This document shows positions 20,864 through 33,200 of a stretch of 64,000 nt of DNA, in pieces. The position numbers and the translations under genes were made by a program. Within the stretch, counting starts at the first letter, position 1. The number at the start of each line of letters is the position of its first letter. The stretch spans positions 819,438-883,437 of the forward strand of contig CAWEWF010000014.1 of assembly GCA_963812605.1 (NCBI GenBank), written 5' to 3'. This DNA is from an uncultured Verrucomicrobiae bacterium (GTDB taxonomy: Bacteria > Verrucomicrobiota > Verrucomicrobiia > Palsa-1439). The notes beneath the pieces were generated by a model, which saw only the letters and a program-made list of their open reading frames with translations, was not told the DNA's origin and did not search any database.

Positions 20864-22479
20864 CGAATGCTGAACCAGTGTCGTCGCTGCCGCGCGACCA
20901 TTACTTGAATGGTCAGTATGGCATCAAATCCTGGTTGCTGACGACGGACCACAAGCGCATCGCACTGCTGTACCTGGTTTCCGTCACTCTCTTTTTCTTG
21001 CTGGGCGGAATTTATGCCGCGCTGATCCGTCTGGAATTACTGACCCCCTACGGCCGCTTCGTATCCGACGAGAACTACAATAAACTCTTTACGATGCATG
21101 GGCTGGTCATGATTTTCTTCTTCCTGATCCCCTCCATCCCGTCGGTGCTTGGTAATTTCCTGTTGCCGCTGATGATCGGTGCGCGCGACCTGGCTTTCCC
21201 GCGGATCAACCTTGCGAGTTGGTACATCTACATCCTGGGGGGGATTTTCACCATCACCGCCGCTGTAACCGGCGGCGTGGACACCGGTTGGACCTTTTAC
21301 ACGCCGTACAGTAGCACCTACTCCAACTCCGCCGTCATCACGATGGCTGTGGGCGTCTTCATCACCGGCTTCTCCTCCATCTTCACGGGCCTCAACTTCA
21401 TCGTCACCACTCACAAGATGCGGGCGCCCGGGCTGACATGGTTCCGGCTGCCGCTCTTTGTTTGGGCGTTGTATGGAACCAGCCTCATTATGGTATTGGG
21501 CACACCGGTCCTGGCGATTACCCTGGCGCTGGTCGGGCTCGAGCGAATTTTTCACGTTGGTATTTTCAATCCTGCCATGGGCGGCGATCCCCTGCTATTT
21601 CAGCATCTGTTCTGGTTTTATTCGCACCCCGCCGTGTACATCATGATCCTGCCTTCCATGGGCGTGGTCAGTGAAGTTATTGCCTGCTTCTCGCGGAAAA
21701 AGATTTTCGGCTACAAATTCGTCGCGTTTTCCAGCCTGGCGATTGCGGTCCTGGGATTTCTGGTGTGGGGACACCATATGTTCGTTTCTGGCCAATCGGT
21801 TTACGCGGGAATGGTGTTTTCGATCCTGAGCTTCGCGGTGGCCATACCCTCCGCCGTTAAAGTCTTCAACTGGACGGCGACGCTCCACAAAGGCGCGGTG
21901 ATTTACCAGACCCCCATGCTCTACAGCCTCGGATTCATCGGGCTGTTTACCATCGGCGGATTAACGGGATTATTTCTGGCGACCCTCGGCGTGGATGTGC
22001 ATGTGCATGACACTTACTTTGTGATCGCCCACTTTCATTACATCATGGTCGGCGGCGCGGTCATGGGCTACATGAGCGGCCTGCATTATTGGTGGCCAAA
22101 GATGACCGGGCGGCTCTATCCCGAAAGCTGGGGTCGACTGGCCGCGCTGATCATCTTCATCGGGTTCAACCTGACATTTTTTCCGCAATTTGTCCTCGGC
22201 TACCTGGGCATGCCCCGTCGGTATCATACATACCCACCGGAGTTTCAGGTGCTGAACGTCATGTCTTCCGCCGGGGCTTCGATCCTTGGCGTCGGTTATC
22301 TTCTTCCGCTGCTCTACCTGATTTGGTCGCTGCGTTACGGTCCGGTGGCGGGCCCGAATCCATGGCGGGCGACCGGCTTGGAATGGCAAACGTCTTCGCC
22401 GCCGCCGACCGACAATTTCCAGGAGACGCCGATTGTGACCGACGAGGCGTACAACTACGAGGGCATGGACAGTGGCTGA
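20860..22479 (+). CDS. ctaD: Cytochrome c oxidase subunit I, A2 type
   Basis: [16 protein letters not shown] (YS motif of A2 enzymes), WGHHMF, AHFHY, GMPRRY. Confidence 0.97.
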   Translation: MTNAEPVSSLPRDHYLNGQYGIKSWLLTTDHKRIALLYLVSVTLFFLLGGIYAALIRLELLTPYGRFVSDENYNKLFTMHGLVMIFFFLIPSIPSVLGNFLLPLMIGARDLAFPRINLASWYIYILGGIFTITAAVTGGVDTGWTFYTPYSSTYSNSAVITMAVGVFITGFSSIFTGLNFIVTTHKMRAPGLTWFRLPLFVWALYGTSLIMVLGTPVLAITLALVGLERIFHVGIFNPAMGGDPLLFQHLFWFYSHPAVYIMILPSMGVVSEVIACFSRKKIFGYKFVAFSSLAIAVLGFLVWGHHMFVSGQSVYAGMVFSILSFAVAIPSAVKVFNWTATLHKGAVIYQTPMLYSLGFIGLFTIGGLTGLFLATLGVDVHVHDTYFVIAHFHYIMVGGAVMGYMSGLHYWWPKMTGRLYPESWGRLAALIIFIGFNLTFFPQFVLGYLGMPRRYHTYPPEFQVLNVMSSAGASILGVGYLLPLLYLIWSLRYGPVAGPNPWRATGLEWQTSSPPPTDNFQETPIVTDEAYNYEGMDSG

Positions 22480-23119
22480 TTCCCAGACGATTGTCGCGCA
22501 TCAGTTTGATGACGCAGCGCAACAGCATGAGTCCTCGACGCTGGGCATGTGGATTTTCCTGGCGACGGAAATCATGTTTTTTGGCGGGCTATTCACCAGC
22601 TACACGGTCTATCGGGTCATGCACCCGGTGGCATTCGAGGCGGCCAGTCATCATCTCGATATTGTCCTCGGCGCCCTCAATACGGGCGTATTGTTGACCA
22701 GCAGCCTGACCATGGCCCTGGCCGTCCGCTCCGCGCAAACCGGCAAACGACGGAACACGGTGGCGTTTCTCATCGTGACCATGTTGTTGGGCGCTGCCTT
22801 TCTGTGCATCAAGGGGCTGGAGTATTACCAGAAATACACCGACCACCTCGTGCCGGGCCCGTCGTTCTCGTTTCCGGGTCCGCATTCACACGAAGCGGAA
22901 ATGTTCTTCTACCTTTACTTCGCCATGACCGGGCTGCATGCCATTCATATGATTGCGGGCCTCGGTGTGGTCAGTGTCATCGCGATTCAAGCGGCGCGCG
23001 GACGCTTTACACCCGCCTACTACACGCCGCTGGAGGTTACCGGCCTCTATTGGCATTTTGTGGACATCATTTGGATTTTTCTGTTCCCGTTGCTGTATCT
23101 AATTGGGAGCCGCGGATGA
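22472..23119 (+). CDS. ctaE: Cytochrome c oxidase subunit III
   Basis: [34 protein letters not shown]. Confidence 0.93.
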   Translation: MADSQTIVAHQFDDAAQQHESSTLGMWIFLATEIMFFGGLFTSYTVYRVMHPVAFEAASHHLDIVLGALNTGVLLTSSLTMALAVRSAQTGKRRNTVAFLIVTMLLGAAFLCIKGLEYYQKYTDHLVPGPSFSFPGPHSHEAEMFFYLYFAMTGLHAIHMIAGLGVVSVIAIQAARGRFTPAYYTPLEVTGLYWHFVDIIWIFLFPLLYLIGSRG

Positions 23120-23418
23120 CGACGCAACATATCGTACCGGTGAAGGTGTATGTGGCGGTGTTCGTCGCACTGCTCGTGCTGCTCGCCCTTACGGTGGCCG
23201 CGAGCTACGTGCCTCTCGGCAGGTTCAACGTCGTCATCGCCATGACGATTGCCATCGCCAAGACATTTCTCGTGATGTTGTTCTTCATGCATGTGCGCCA
23301 CAGCGGCCGGCTCATCTGGATTTATGTGGGCGTCGGCTTCTTCTGGCTGGCCATCCTCCTCGCGCTAACAATGAGCGACTTCCTGACCCGGTGGTGGCCG
23401 CCTTTCCTCGGCGGGTAA
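23116..23418 (+). CDS. caa3-type oxidase subunit IV
   Basis: [12 protein letters not shown]...IAKTFLVMLFFMHV; three TMs; C-terminal part of ORF 22549-23418. Confidence 0.85.
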   Translation: MTTQHIVPVKVYVAVFVALLVLLALTVAASYVPLGRFNVVIAMTIAIAKTFLVMLFFMHVRHSGRLIWIYVGVGFFWLAILLALTMSDFLTRWWPPFLGG

Positions 23419-23457
23419 GTCAGGCCGCACCATTCGCAATCCAAAAATCCGCGGTCT

Positions 23458-23552
23458 GATTTGGAGCTTGAATCCCCTGCGATGGGAAGCGAAGCTGCCG
23501 GAAGCGCCTGTGGGCCTGTAGCTCAGTTGGTTAGAGCAGGGGACTCATAATC
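23458..23552 (+). repeat. Island-1 left att: tRNA promoter region plus 5' half (41 nt) of tRNA-Ile2
   Basis: 95-bp direct repeat of 47044-47138; 6 substitutions, all in the 54-bp upstream part; tRNA similarity stops just after the anticodon loop (CATAATC). Confidence 0.9.
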
Positions 23553-23678
23553 GGAAAACGGTGTTTTCGCCGCTTGTTGCAATGATTGCTTATCGTTGGC
23601 AACGTTGACGGAGAGAAGAAGTTAGCAAAGATTGTCCGTTCGTTTCGGTTAGCTCCGATTTGCCCCAAAAAGGTCATA

Positions 23679-23784
23679 CAGTCTCAGATTGCAGTATCAG
23701 ATCACGGAGCAGAGGACTCGGTCAGAAGTCCGTTCAGTCCCTTACCCTTTAATTGGCGAATCTGATACTGACCAGTATCAGATT
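23679..23784. repeat. Four copies of CAGT(A/C)TCAGAT: a tandem pair (23679-23702) and a perfect 12-bp inverted pair (23759-23784)
   Basis: cagtctcagatt-g-cagtatcagat and aatctgatactg-ac-cagtatcagatt read directly. Confidence 0.7.
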
Positions 23785-24030
23785 GGTCGGTGTTGTCGTT
23801 TTACTGATTTCCTCCATTCAATTGCATCGAATCCCTCATTCGTCCGAAGGTTTACTAGCGTGAAGTCTTAGAAGCCAAAGCCGCTGGCGGAGCGAGCACG
23901 GTCAATCTGGAGCGCAGGAACGAGCAATAGATTGACGGCGCGCAGCGAGCCGCAGAATCGTGTCTGGCAGCTAACACCTCGCTCTGCCGAAGTTGGTCGC
24001 CGACATTTCTTCGAGGTTCTACCAGCGGGG

Positions 24031-25881
24031 ATGCCAACGCCAGCGACAAAAGGTCCGTTTAAGGTCTGTCCCAAATCGGGCAGAATCGTCGGTTTCGCCT
24101 CCACGTCACCTTGGAGGTTGTTGTGGATCCCATGCGTCGGTTTGGCCGCATTGCTGTGGATCCTGATGCGAGTCGTTCCAAAACCGAGCCGCGCCAACTA
24201 TCCGTGCCAGCAGGCAGCCATTCCTCTGGCCGCCGGGTTCATCGGTTATTTGTTATCGTTCCCGGCCGCGGTGCTGGCCTATCGCAAAGGCCGCCAGAAT
24301 GTGCGCCGCGCACGCTATTTACTGGCGGGGCTTTGCTTTCTGATGGCGGCGGTCGCGGGGATCGTGCATTTCTGCACGTCGGCAGAGGAGGCCCACGCGG
24401 CATTTGTCACCCACAATCCTCCCAACACGCCCTTGGGCAAAGGCCACGGGATTTTCCCGGGGCGAGTTGCCTGGGTCTACGATCCGGCGGCGGTTTCCTG
24501 GGAGGGCGCCGGCCCTTGGTATGATGATGCCTACAATAGCCAAACCGCCATTGAGGGGATGGTTTCCCAGGCGGTGCGCTGCGTCGGCGGACAGGCGACC
24601 GATGCTGCAGCCTGGAATGCTGTTTTCCACAGTTTTAATCGGCGAACCGGCAGAGGCGATGTTGCTTACACGCGGGGTGAAACAATTGCCATCAAAATCA
24701 ACGAAAACAACGTCAACAGCCACGCCAACAACAACGACATCGATGCCTCGCCGCACCTGGTTCTGGCACTGCTGCGGCAATTGATCAAGCAGGCAGGAGT
24801 GGCCGAAGCGGATCTCACCGTGTTTGACGCCAGCCGGTTCATTACCGACAATGTGTTTGACAAGTGCCACGCCGAATTTCCGGGCGTCGTCTTTGTGGAC
24901 CACGTCGGCGGCGACGGCCGCGTCCAAGCGACGTTCGTGACCAACGCCATTCCCGGCTCCGTGCCGTCGACCAATCAAAAAGATTTGGCGACGTGCGATA
25001 TGGAAGCGAAGTACATCATCAACATGGCTTTGCTTAAGGGGCACGTTGCCCTGGGTGTGACGCTCTGCGCCAAAAACTTTTTCGGGGTCACAGCCATTGA
25101 GACCGACTGGCACAAAAACGGCCCGCGCCATCACGGTTTCGACCCGAAGAAAAACGGCGACCCAAGCTACGCGGCCTTTGCCGATTATTTAGGGCATCCG
25201 GACCTCGGTGGCAAGACGCTGCTCTATATGGTTGATGGCCTTTATGGAGATGCCGCGGTCAGCGGCGATCCGGCGACGAAATGGAAAATGACGCCGTTCA
25301 ATAACGGGCATTGCGCCAGCCTTTTTGCTTCTGAAGACGGCGTGGCCATTGACTCGGTGGGGATTGATTTTCTGATTTCGGAATTCCCGGGCATGCCGGA
25401 TTTGCCGTATTGCGATAATTACCTGCAAGAGGCCGCACTGGCCAATAACCCGCCCTCGCACACGGTGTATAAGCCGGATGGCGTCCATGTGATTACGAAC
25501 AGCCTGGGCATTGCCGAACATTGGAACAATCCGCACGACAAGCAATACAGCCGTAACCTCAGCCCGACCGGCTCCGGAATCGAGCTGATCTCGATTGAGC
25601 CCGCGTTGAACATGAGGGTTACCATCACAAGCCCGGCCGGGGGTGCAACGGTGCATTCCGGGAAGAACGTCAAATTGCAAGCTCACGTCGGCTCAAGTGG
25701 AGCGTCGATCAGCAAGGTGGAGTATTACGGCAACGGGAAGGCCATCGGCGTCAGCAGCGCCAGCCCCTACACTGTCGTTTGGAGCAACGTCCCGGCCGGC
25801 ACTTATTCGATCACGGCGGTGGCCACCGATACCAATAACTTCTCCGGGCTGTCCACCCCCGTCTCTGTTCGCGCGGAATGA
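24031..25881 (+). CDS. DUF362 domain protein with C-terminal bacterial Ig-like domain
   Basis: RVVPKPSRANYPCQ, IAIKIN, LKGH..GVTLCAKNFFG; C-terminal ISKVEYY..YTVVWSNVPAGTYSITAVATD; start uncertain (23932 or 24031). Confidence 0.75.
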   Translation: MPTPATKGPFKVCPKSGRIVGFASTSPWRLLWIPCVGLAALLWILMRVVPKPSRANYPCQQAAIPLAAGFIGYLLSFPAAVLAYRKGRQNVRRARYLLAGLCFLMAAVAGIVHFCTSAEEAHAAFVTHNPPNTPLGKGHGIFPGRVAWVYDPAAVSWEGAGPWYDDAYNSQTAIEGMVSQAVRCVGGQATDAAAWNAVFHSFNRRTGRGDVAYTRGETIAIKINENNVNSHANNNDIDASPHLVLALLRQLIKQAGVAEADLTVFDASRFITDNVFDKCHAEFPGVVFVDHVGGDGRVQATFVTNAIPGSVPSTNQKDLATCDMEAKYIINMALLKGHVALGVTLCAKNFFGVTAIETDWHKNGPRHHGFDPKKNGDPSYAAFADYLGHPDLGGKTLLYMVDGLYGDAAVSGDPATKWKMTPFNNGHCASLFASEDGVAIDSVGIDFLISEFPGMPDLPYCDNYLQEAALANNPPSHTVYKPDGVHVITNSLGIAEHWNNPHDKQYSRNLSPTGSGIELISIEPALNMRVTITSPAGGATVHSGKNVKLQAHVGSSGASISKVEYYGNGKAIGVSSASPYTVVWSNVPAGTYSITAVATDTNNFSGLSTPVSVRAE

Positions 25882-25946
25882 AGGCCGTTGGACCTTATGA
25901 ATATTCAATTTTCATTCGATGCTCGGGCATCTTTGCCAGCACGCCT

Positions 25947-26117
25947 TATGACACGAGGTTTATGGTGTATGGCAGCGGCTCTTTGCCTGGTTGGATGCGC
26001 CTCGAACGGATGGAAGGGATATCAGGGCGGACCATTTCAAGACAGCGTGTATCGGGGCGGGCCACAAACGATTCCGGGACGCGTACAATGCGCCTATTAT
26101 GACTTCGGGGGCGAAGG
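25947..26117 (+). pseudogene. N-terminal fragment of a CBM6-like carbohydrate-binding lipoprotein
   Basis: LVGC lipobox then YQGGPFQDSVYRGGPQTIPGRVQCAYYDFGGEG, then abrupt loss of similarity. Confidence 0.6.
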
Positions 26118-26270
26118 ATCCGGCGATTGGCAACCGTATGATCAACGCCCGCGCTGAAACACTGGCAGAAAAACCCGCCTTCCGGGCTGCACTGAAGAAG
26201 CGTCGCTGCATCATTCCCACCGACGGATTCTTCGAGTGGCGGAAACTCGGCAAGGTGAATCAGCCCGAAC
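26113..26270 (+). pseudogene. Internal fragment of SOS response-associated peptidase (SRAP)
   Basis: KDPAIGNRMINARAETLAEKPAFRAALKKRRCIIPTDGFFEW; the N-terminal catalytic Cys region is absent. Confidence 0.8.
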
Positions 26271-26410
26271 GGGCTGTTGAAGAACTCTTCCGGCGAAACG
26301 CCGTGCGATGGCGAACCGTTATAAACGGATGAGTTTGCTGAACGTGCAGGCCACCGTCCGCAATCCGCTCAACGTCCGTAGCGCCCACCGTCTTATCTGG
26401 CGCCAAGCGA

Positions 26411-27172
26411 TTACCACCAGAAATACTTGCCCGGGTCGCCGCTCCCCGACGAACATTGTCTCCGGAGTGCATCCCAAGCATGCCACTCGATATGTCCGTC
26501 GGTGTAACCGAGGTTGGATCCGATGGGGATATAATTCGGTCCCAGATGCGCCGATTGGTTGTCTCCCGGAAAAACCGTGCTCTTTAAATTTGCACCTTGA
26601 AAAACAGGCGTGTTATCCGAGAGGATCGCGTCGCAGACCATCAACTGCACCTGGCGACCCTGGGTGGGGTCCGTACTGTTGATGAGGTCATAGACGAATT
26701 TGAATTTTGGGTTCCCAGAGGACGCAATCATCGTCTGCCCACCCCAGGGAGTGCTCATCGTCGGGTTACCATTGGCATCCGCCCGCTGAATCAGCAGCCA
26801 GTAGCCGACACTGGCGCCGCCGCACTGGGGGCAGTTCCAGAAGAGGCCCAGATTGTGGCTTGGATTGCTGGGGCAGTAGCAAGCGTTGCTGGTCATTCCG
26901 TAATGGGCCACCAAATCGTCGCGGGTGGTCGTACTCATGTCCCAAAGCCAGCCGCCGCCGCCGTTTGGGGCCACGATGTACACCTTGTTGTCGTGATCAT
27001 TCGCAAACATCGTCCAGGCTTGCAGTAAATTGCGCATGTTGCTGGCACAGGATGCCTTGTAGGCGGTCCTGCGGGCGTTGGACAACGCCGGCAGCAACAG
27101 CGCGGCCAGGATTCCGATAATGGCGATGACCACCAACAGTTCGATCAGTGTGAAGGCTTTCCTTGTCTGCAT
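26411..27172 (-). CDS. Prepilin-type N-terminal cleavage/methylation protein with C-terminal H-X9-DG-like motif (PVC family)
   Basis: [25 protein letters not shown]...[25 protein letters not shown]. Confidence 0.9.
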   Translation of the reverse strand: MQTRKAFTLIELLVVIAIIGILAALLLPALSNARRTAYKASCASNMRNLLQAWTMFANDHDNKVYIVAPNGGGGWLWDMSTTTRDDLVAHYGMTSNACYCPSNPSHNLGLFWNCPQCGGASVGYWLLIQRADANGNPTMSTPWGGQTMIASSGNPKFKFVYDLINSTDPTQGRQVQLMVCDAILSDNTPVFQGANLKSTVFPGDNQSAHLGPNYIPIGSNLGYTDGHIEWHAWDALRRQCSSGSGDPGKYFWW

Positions 27173-27297
27173 AATCAATTCTCCAGGATCCGAGCGCAGT
27201 CGGCGGTCGTTTCGCCGAGTCGCGAACGCAGGCTTTTGCTGTTGCTTAACTTGCCCACTGCCACACGACTGCGCCTAATCATACTCGATGCTCCTTT

Positions 27298-30200
27298 TTA
27301 CGGCACCAGCACGCGAACGCGGTAGTACCGCGACGGGGTGTTCGTCGCCCCGCCCGGATCCACCATATTGGTCAACATGCCAAGCCCCACCCCGCCACTG
27401 AGGATGTTGCTCACGCCGGTGCTCGCAAAGTTGTTGCTGCTATAGCTGCCGTTGGCCGTGCCCGTGGTGAACTCCAGCACATTGGTCCGAGAGGAGGGTC
27501 CACCCATGTAGCTGGTGTCGCCGCTGGCGCCGAGGTAAATCACGTTGATGTCAGTCGTATTCGTCCTGGCGACACTGATGATATGCAGGTACGCCGCGTT
27601 ATTGGTCGGGTTAAAGCCCGCCAGGAACTGGTTGGTGTTACTCATGCCCTTACCCAGTGGATCCGCACCGCCCAGAGAGTTCGGGCCGCCGCCGGGGTAG
27701 TAATGCGTCTGCCACGATGTGAAAGGATCCGCCGCGGCGCCCACCACCAGCAGGATGCGATTGTTTACCGTGTCGTTGGAAACCGTGCCAGAGAAGCCGC
27801 CCGGCAACGACCCTACGTTCAGTGTGTTGTTCACCAGACTGAAGTACGAGAGGATCCTGTAGGTACCGGGGCCAAAGCCGCCGGCATCGGTGACGTTGAG
27901 CGTGCCGGCCAATATCAACTGGCCATTGACCACCGTCTGGTCGCTGTTGGTGCCCAACCCATACGCCAGGATCGAGGAATTGTTCAGCACGAGATTGCCC
28001 TGGATCGTGAGCGTCCCGGTCGCGGCTGAACCGCCGGGCGACAATGTCGCGCCATTGGCAATCGTCGCATTGCCCTTGACCGTGCCGCTACCGGCCAGGG
28101 TCTGGCCGGCGACAAACGTCATCCCGCCGCCAGTATGACCACTGACATCCAACGTCCCACCACTGGATACGGTGATCGTCGGGCTGTTGCTAATCGAGCC
28201 GCCCCCGGAAATCGCCAGGGTGCCACTATTGACAGTGGTGACGCCCGTGAAGGTGTTGGTGCCGGAGAGCGTCCACAGGCCGCTCCCAGCCTTGGTGACA
28301 GAGGAGGTGTTGTTGTTATCCGAAATCGTGCCGACGATCGCGCCCAAGCCGCTGGTCGAGCCTTGCAGCGTCAATGTATGGGCCTGGCCGCCGGCGGCGT
28401 TAATATCGAACACCGGGCCGAATTGTAACAGCCCTGTCCCCGATTGATCAATGACACCGCCGCCCGAGCCCCCCGCGCGGAGGTTGAGGATCCTGGTGCC
28501 TACATCACCCGATCCGGTATAGAGCAACGTGCCGGCAAGGTTCCCACCCCCGAAACTGATGGTCCCGCCCACGCCCAGATTGGCAAGGCTACTCACAATA
28601 AGGGTGCCGTTTCTAACATAGCTTTCGCCCGTATAAGTGTTCATGCCGCTGTTATCGTTGGCGGTCAATATCCAAACGTTGGTGCCATCCTTGGTCACGG
28701 AGGTCGAGTTCGTCGTCGTGCCGTTGACATAATCGCTGATCACGCCGTCGACTTCTCCCGTGCCGGGGCCAGAGCCCTCCAGCGTCAAATTATGAGCCGA
28801 CGCGCCGCCCACCATTAGGTCGGCACCGAAGTCCAACAACCCGGTCCCTGACATGTCAATGATCGCGCCGCCACCGGCATTATCCGCAAGGTTGATCTGT
28901 TTGAACGTACTCTCGCCAGGTCCAACATCGGTCAATCTCCCGGCAACACCTCCCGCACCGAAATTGATAATCCCTCCCGCGCCCACGCCGCCTGGCGAAA
29001 ATGCGTCGCCAATGTTGGAGACGACGACAGTCCCATTGTTAATGAACATCGATGCCGAAAAGGTGTTGGCGCCCAACAGCGCCAGCGTGCCGGCCCCGGC
29101 CTTGGTGACGCCGCTGCCGCCGCCACTGATCACGCCCGCAACGGTCAACGTGTTGGTCAATATCACTCCGTTGGTCAATGTGCTGGAGTTGACGGTCACC
29201 TGCCGGTTGATGCTGTTCGGGAGCGTTACGGCGCCGGTGCCGAGATTCAAATTGGTCACCGAGCCGGCATAGGTGAAGTTGCCATTCCAAACTTGCGGAT
29301 TGTTGTTGGCCACCGTGATGGTGTTACTGGTGGTGTTATCAATGGTGCCGCCGTTGATGGTGAACGTCCCGGCGGCTGCGCCGAGCGCGCCTGCGTTATT
29401 AATGTTCAACTGGCCGGCGGAGAGGGTCGTGCCGCCCGAATGCGTGTTGCTGCTGACGAGCGTGAACACGCCATTTCCTGTCTTGACCAACGCCAAGGTT
29501 GCCGCGGTGTTCTGCACCACACCGGAGAAGATCGAACTGGAGCCGTCGCTACCGACCGTTAGGGCCGCCGTACCCGCTACGGTGCTATCCACGATGCCAC
29601 TGCCCGTCAGCCCGCCAATGGTATTGCTATGGCCGGCCAGATCCAGCGTGCCGTTGAGAAGGACGCTTCCATTGCCGGAGCCACTGGGGATAACGTTGTT
29701 GGCGGCGAGGCGGAGCGTGCCGCTGTTGATCGTGGTGACGCCACTGTAGGTGTTCGTATTCCCCATCACCGCCAGGCCGCTGCCGCTCATGGTCAAGGTG
29801 GCAAAGCCGCTAATCGCCGCGCCGCTGAAGGTATACGTCTTTGCCGTATTCGAAATGATGACGCCGGCGGGCACCACGTCGGATAGGATCTTCACCGAAG
29901 TAATGCTTCCCGTGTCGTCGAACTGCACCAAGCCGCCATCACCATATGTCGACGGTGTGGCGTTGACGGTCCAGTTGGTCGTAATCTCGATGTCCCAGTT
30001 GCTGTTCACGCTGCCTGTCCAAAGCTGAGTCCCAAAGTTGAACACATTCAGGTAGATCGTGTTGGTAATGGTGGTCAGCGTGGCGGTCATGCCCCCGGGT
30101 GGCGTGAAGGTGTTGGTGCCGGCCCCGGCCAGCGTGGTGTAATGGATCAACGGATACGAGTTGCTCACAACGAAAGCTCCCCCGATAATCTTCAGCCGGT

Positions 30201-33200
30201 CGGTGCCGTTGAGCGTGTACGTTCCCACCATCAGCGGCGGGACGTTCGAGTTACTCAGGGCATTGAGCTCAATCGTGCCGCCGGTCGTGACACCCAACGT
30301 GAGATTGGTCGGCGACCATTGGCTCGTATTGGCGGCGTTCACTCGCAAGGAAGCGCCGTCGGCTACGGTTACCGCGCCGATGCTGGTCTGCGTCGCCGGA
30401 GCGATGAGTTTGCCTGCGGTGACAGCCGTTGGGCCGGTGTAGGTATTCGTCCCGGTAAGCGTCAAAACGCCGGTGCCCAGCTTCGTCAAGCCACCACCGC
30501 CGCCACCGTCCAACAGGGCCTGTCCGATCGTGAGGTTGAAGCCGCTGTCGTCAATCACAGCTCCACCCGACTGGACTGTGGCCATTGTCAAACCGTTCAT
30601 GAATGCGGAATGAGAGCCGCTGGCCTTGAGCGTGCCCCCGTTGAAGTTGAAGAAGGAGGCGCCGTTGGTTCCGCCGAGGTTTTGATTGACGTTGGTGGTG
30701 AACAGCGTGCCACCGTTCAGATTGACCGTGCCCATGGCCGTTGCGGCGTTCCCGATAATCAGTCCGTTGTTACCTCGGACGATCATCTGGCCGCTGTTGG
30801 CAACCACCAACGTGCCCGTGCCGAGTTCACCGACGGACGTTGAAGCGAGAGGATTGGCTTGGATGACGGAGCCGCCGGAGACATTCAGCGTGCCCCCTTC
30901 CTGCTCCCCGATGAGATTCGGTATCTCGCGGCCGATGTAAAGGAAGTTCGAGAATGTGACGGCGCCACCGGTGACGTTCAACACGCCCCTGCCCCAACCG
31001 CCAATCCACGCATTGCCCGCGTTGGGGACAAGTATGGTGCCCCCACTGAGGTTGTAGGTACCCGAACCCTTGTTGGCAGTCAGGTTCATAGACCCGCCGA
31101 TATCGAAAACCGGGTCGCCGAGCCCGGTCACCGTCACTGAGCCGCTGACTTGATTCACAACGCCTTGCGCCGCCGAGCCGGCATTGAAGGCCGAACCTAG
31201 GAACATACGGCTGGTAACAACGGTCGCGTTGTTTGAAATATACAGCGTTCCCATGCTGGCGTCCTGATCGCCGATATTAAAGTCAGCGGTTTCGCTGAAC
31301 GAAGCATTGCCCTGCAACGTCATCGTGCCGACATCGGCTCCGTTCTGGCCGACGTTGGAGAAAGTGGTGTTGTTGATAAAACCACCTGTATCCACCACCA
31401 GTGCGCCCGACTTTACGAGGGTGCTGCCTGTATAGGTATTCGAGCCGGTGAGAGTGACCGTGCCGGCGGTGTCCTTGGTCAGTCCACCTGCGCCACCGAA
31501 TCTGGCGCTGACGGCGCCGCTTTGCACCTCGACGGCCGAACTGGTCAGGACACCTACCGTGCCGGTGATGGTGCCACTGACAAGCGTGACGGCGCCTATC
31601 GTATCGGTGTTGGTGGAAATGTCCACCGTGCCGCCATTGACGGTAAGAGAACCGGCACTGGCGAGCGCCCCGTTGATGCCGAGCTGCAGGGTACCGCCAT
31701 TGACGGTGGTGCCCCCCGTGTATGTGCTCACGCCCTTCAGTAGGGTCGTTCCAGTCCCTGCAACGGTCAGTCCGTTGGCGCCGCCGGAAATCGGCGAACT
31801 GACGATGAAGGGATTGCTGCCGTTGTTGACCCAGGTCTGGTTGAAGCCCAAGGCATAGCCATTGGCGTTGATGGTAACGGAACCCGCGCCGGAATCAATT
31901 GTGATACCGTTGATATTGGTCAGTGTATTGGCTCCCGAGATGGTCACATTGCTGGCCGTCGAGAATTCCAAGGTATTGATGGCGAAATCGGCTCCCAACG
32001 TGGTGGCGAAGTTACCGGCGTTGACCGTCGCGAACGTTACGGCTGACGGCGCACCCGGGGGAGACGATAGGTTGTTTGTGCCAGTTGAGTCTGGCGACCA
32101 GTCGGCCGCATTGTTCCAAGTTGCGCCAGCGCCGCCCTGCCAGAACGCTGTGGGCGGAAGCGACGAGGTGACCTGGACAAAGAGGTCGCCGCCGCTGACT
32201 GCCAGCGCGAATCCGAAAGGACCCGACGGCACTGTGCCAAGAATGAAGGCATTCGTATTGGCAAGACCACCGCCGGTGATGAGCCGGTAGTTACCCACGG
32301 TGCCAAAGCCGCCGGCTGCGGACACATTGACCGTATTGAGTCCACTGGCCGCAAAGCTGCCCCCGGCGACCACAATATTATTGGTTGCGGCCACGCCACC
32401 GAGAGAGAAACCAAGGACGTTGTTATTCAGCGTCACACCATTGCTGACGATCAAGGTAGCTGCCACGCTGTTCGTCAGATTCATCGAGGCGCCGGTGCCC
32501 ATGGCGACCGAGCCACTGATCGTGCTCGCGCCCGAGCCACTCAAGGTCAGGCTATTGCCAACCGAGACGGAGCCGCCGAGCTTGGCGCCGCTCAACCTCA
32601 AGGTGCCGCTGGCGACGGTGGTCAGGCCTGTGTAGGTGTTGGCGCCGCTCAGGGTTACCGTGCCGATGCCGTTCTTGGTCAATCCGCCGCTGGCGCTGGT
32701 GCTGGTGCCAAGCGTCGCCGTGAGCGTGCCGGGCGCGCCGCCACCGTCGACGAGTGTGACGGTCGGAGTGCTGGTGTAGCCGTCGCCAGGATCCGTGATC
32801 GTGATGGTGCTGATCGTGCCGCTTCCATCCCAGTTCGCAACAGCCGTTGCCGGCACGGTGGGATTGCCGCCCGAGATCCGCACGTACGGCGCGCCGGTGT
32901 AGCCGGTGGCCCCGCTGACCGCGATGCTGACGACTCCGGTTCCCGTCGGGGCCAGCAATGATTGCCCGATAGTGACCGCGGCGCCATTGTCATCAAGCGT
33001 CAAGCCGCCGCTGTACATGGTGGCCCGGGTAAGGCCGGCGAGAAAATTGGCATTGTTTGCTAGCGCCTTCAAGGTGCCACCATTGAAATTGAGGTAGCCG
33101 ATCGGTGATTGGACTGCACCCAGAATAATGTTCAACGTTTGCAGGAACCCGCCGGCGTTGAGATTCAGGATCGCGACACGTCCAGCATCGATCGCCCCAG

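Noticed and set aside
11504-23418. ACIII-caa3 operon as a novel system
   Set aside because: Well described organisation (e.g. Rhodothermus, Flavobacterium, deltaproteobacteria).
23512-23552. Split or intron-containing tRNA
   Set aside because: No intron-like structure follows, an intact copy exists at 47098, and the upstream DNA is duplicated too, as expected for an att site.
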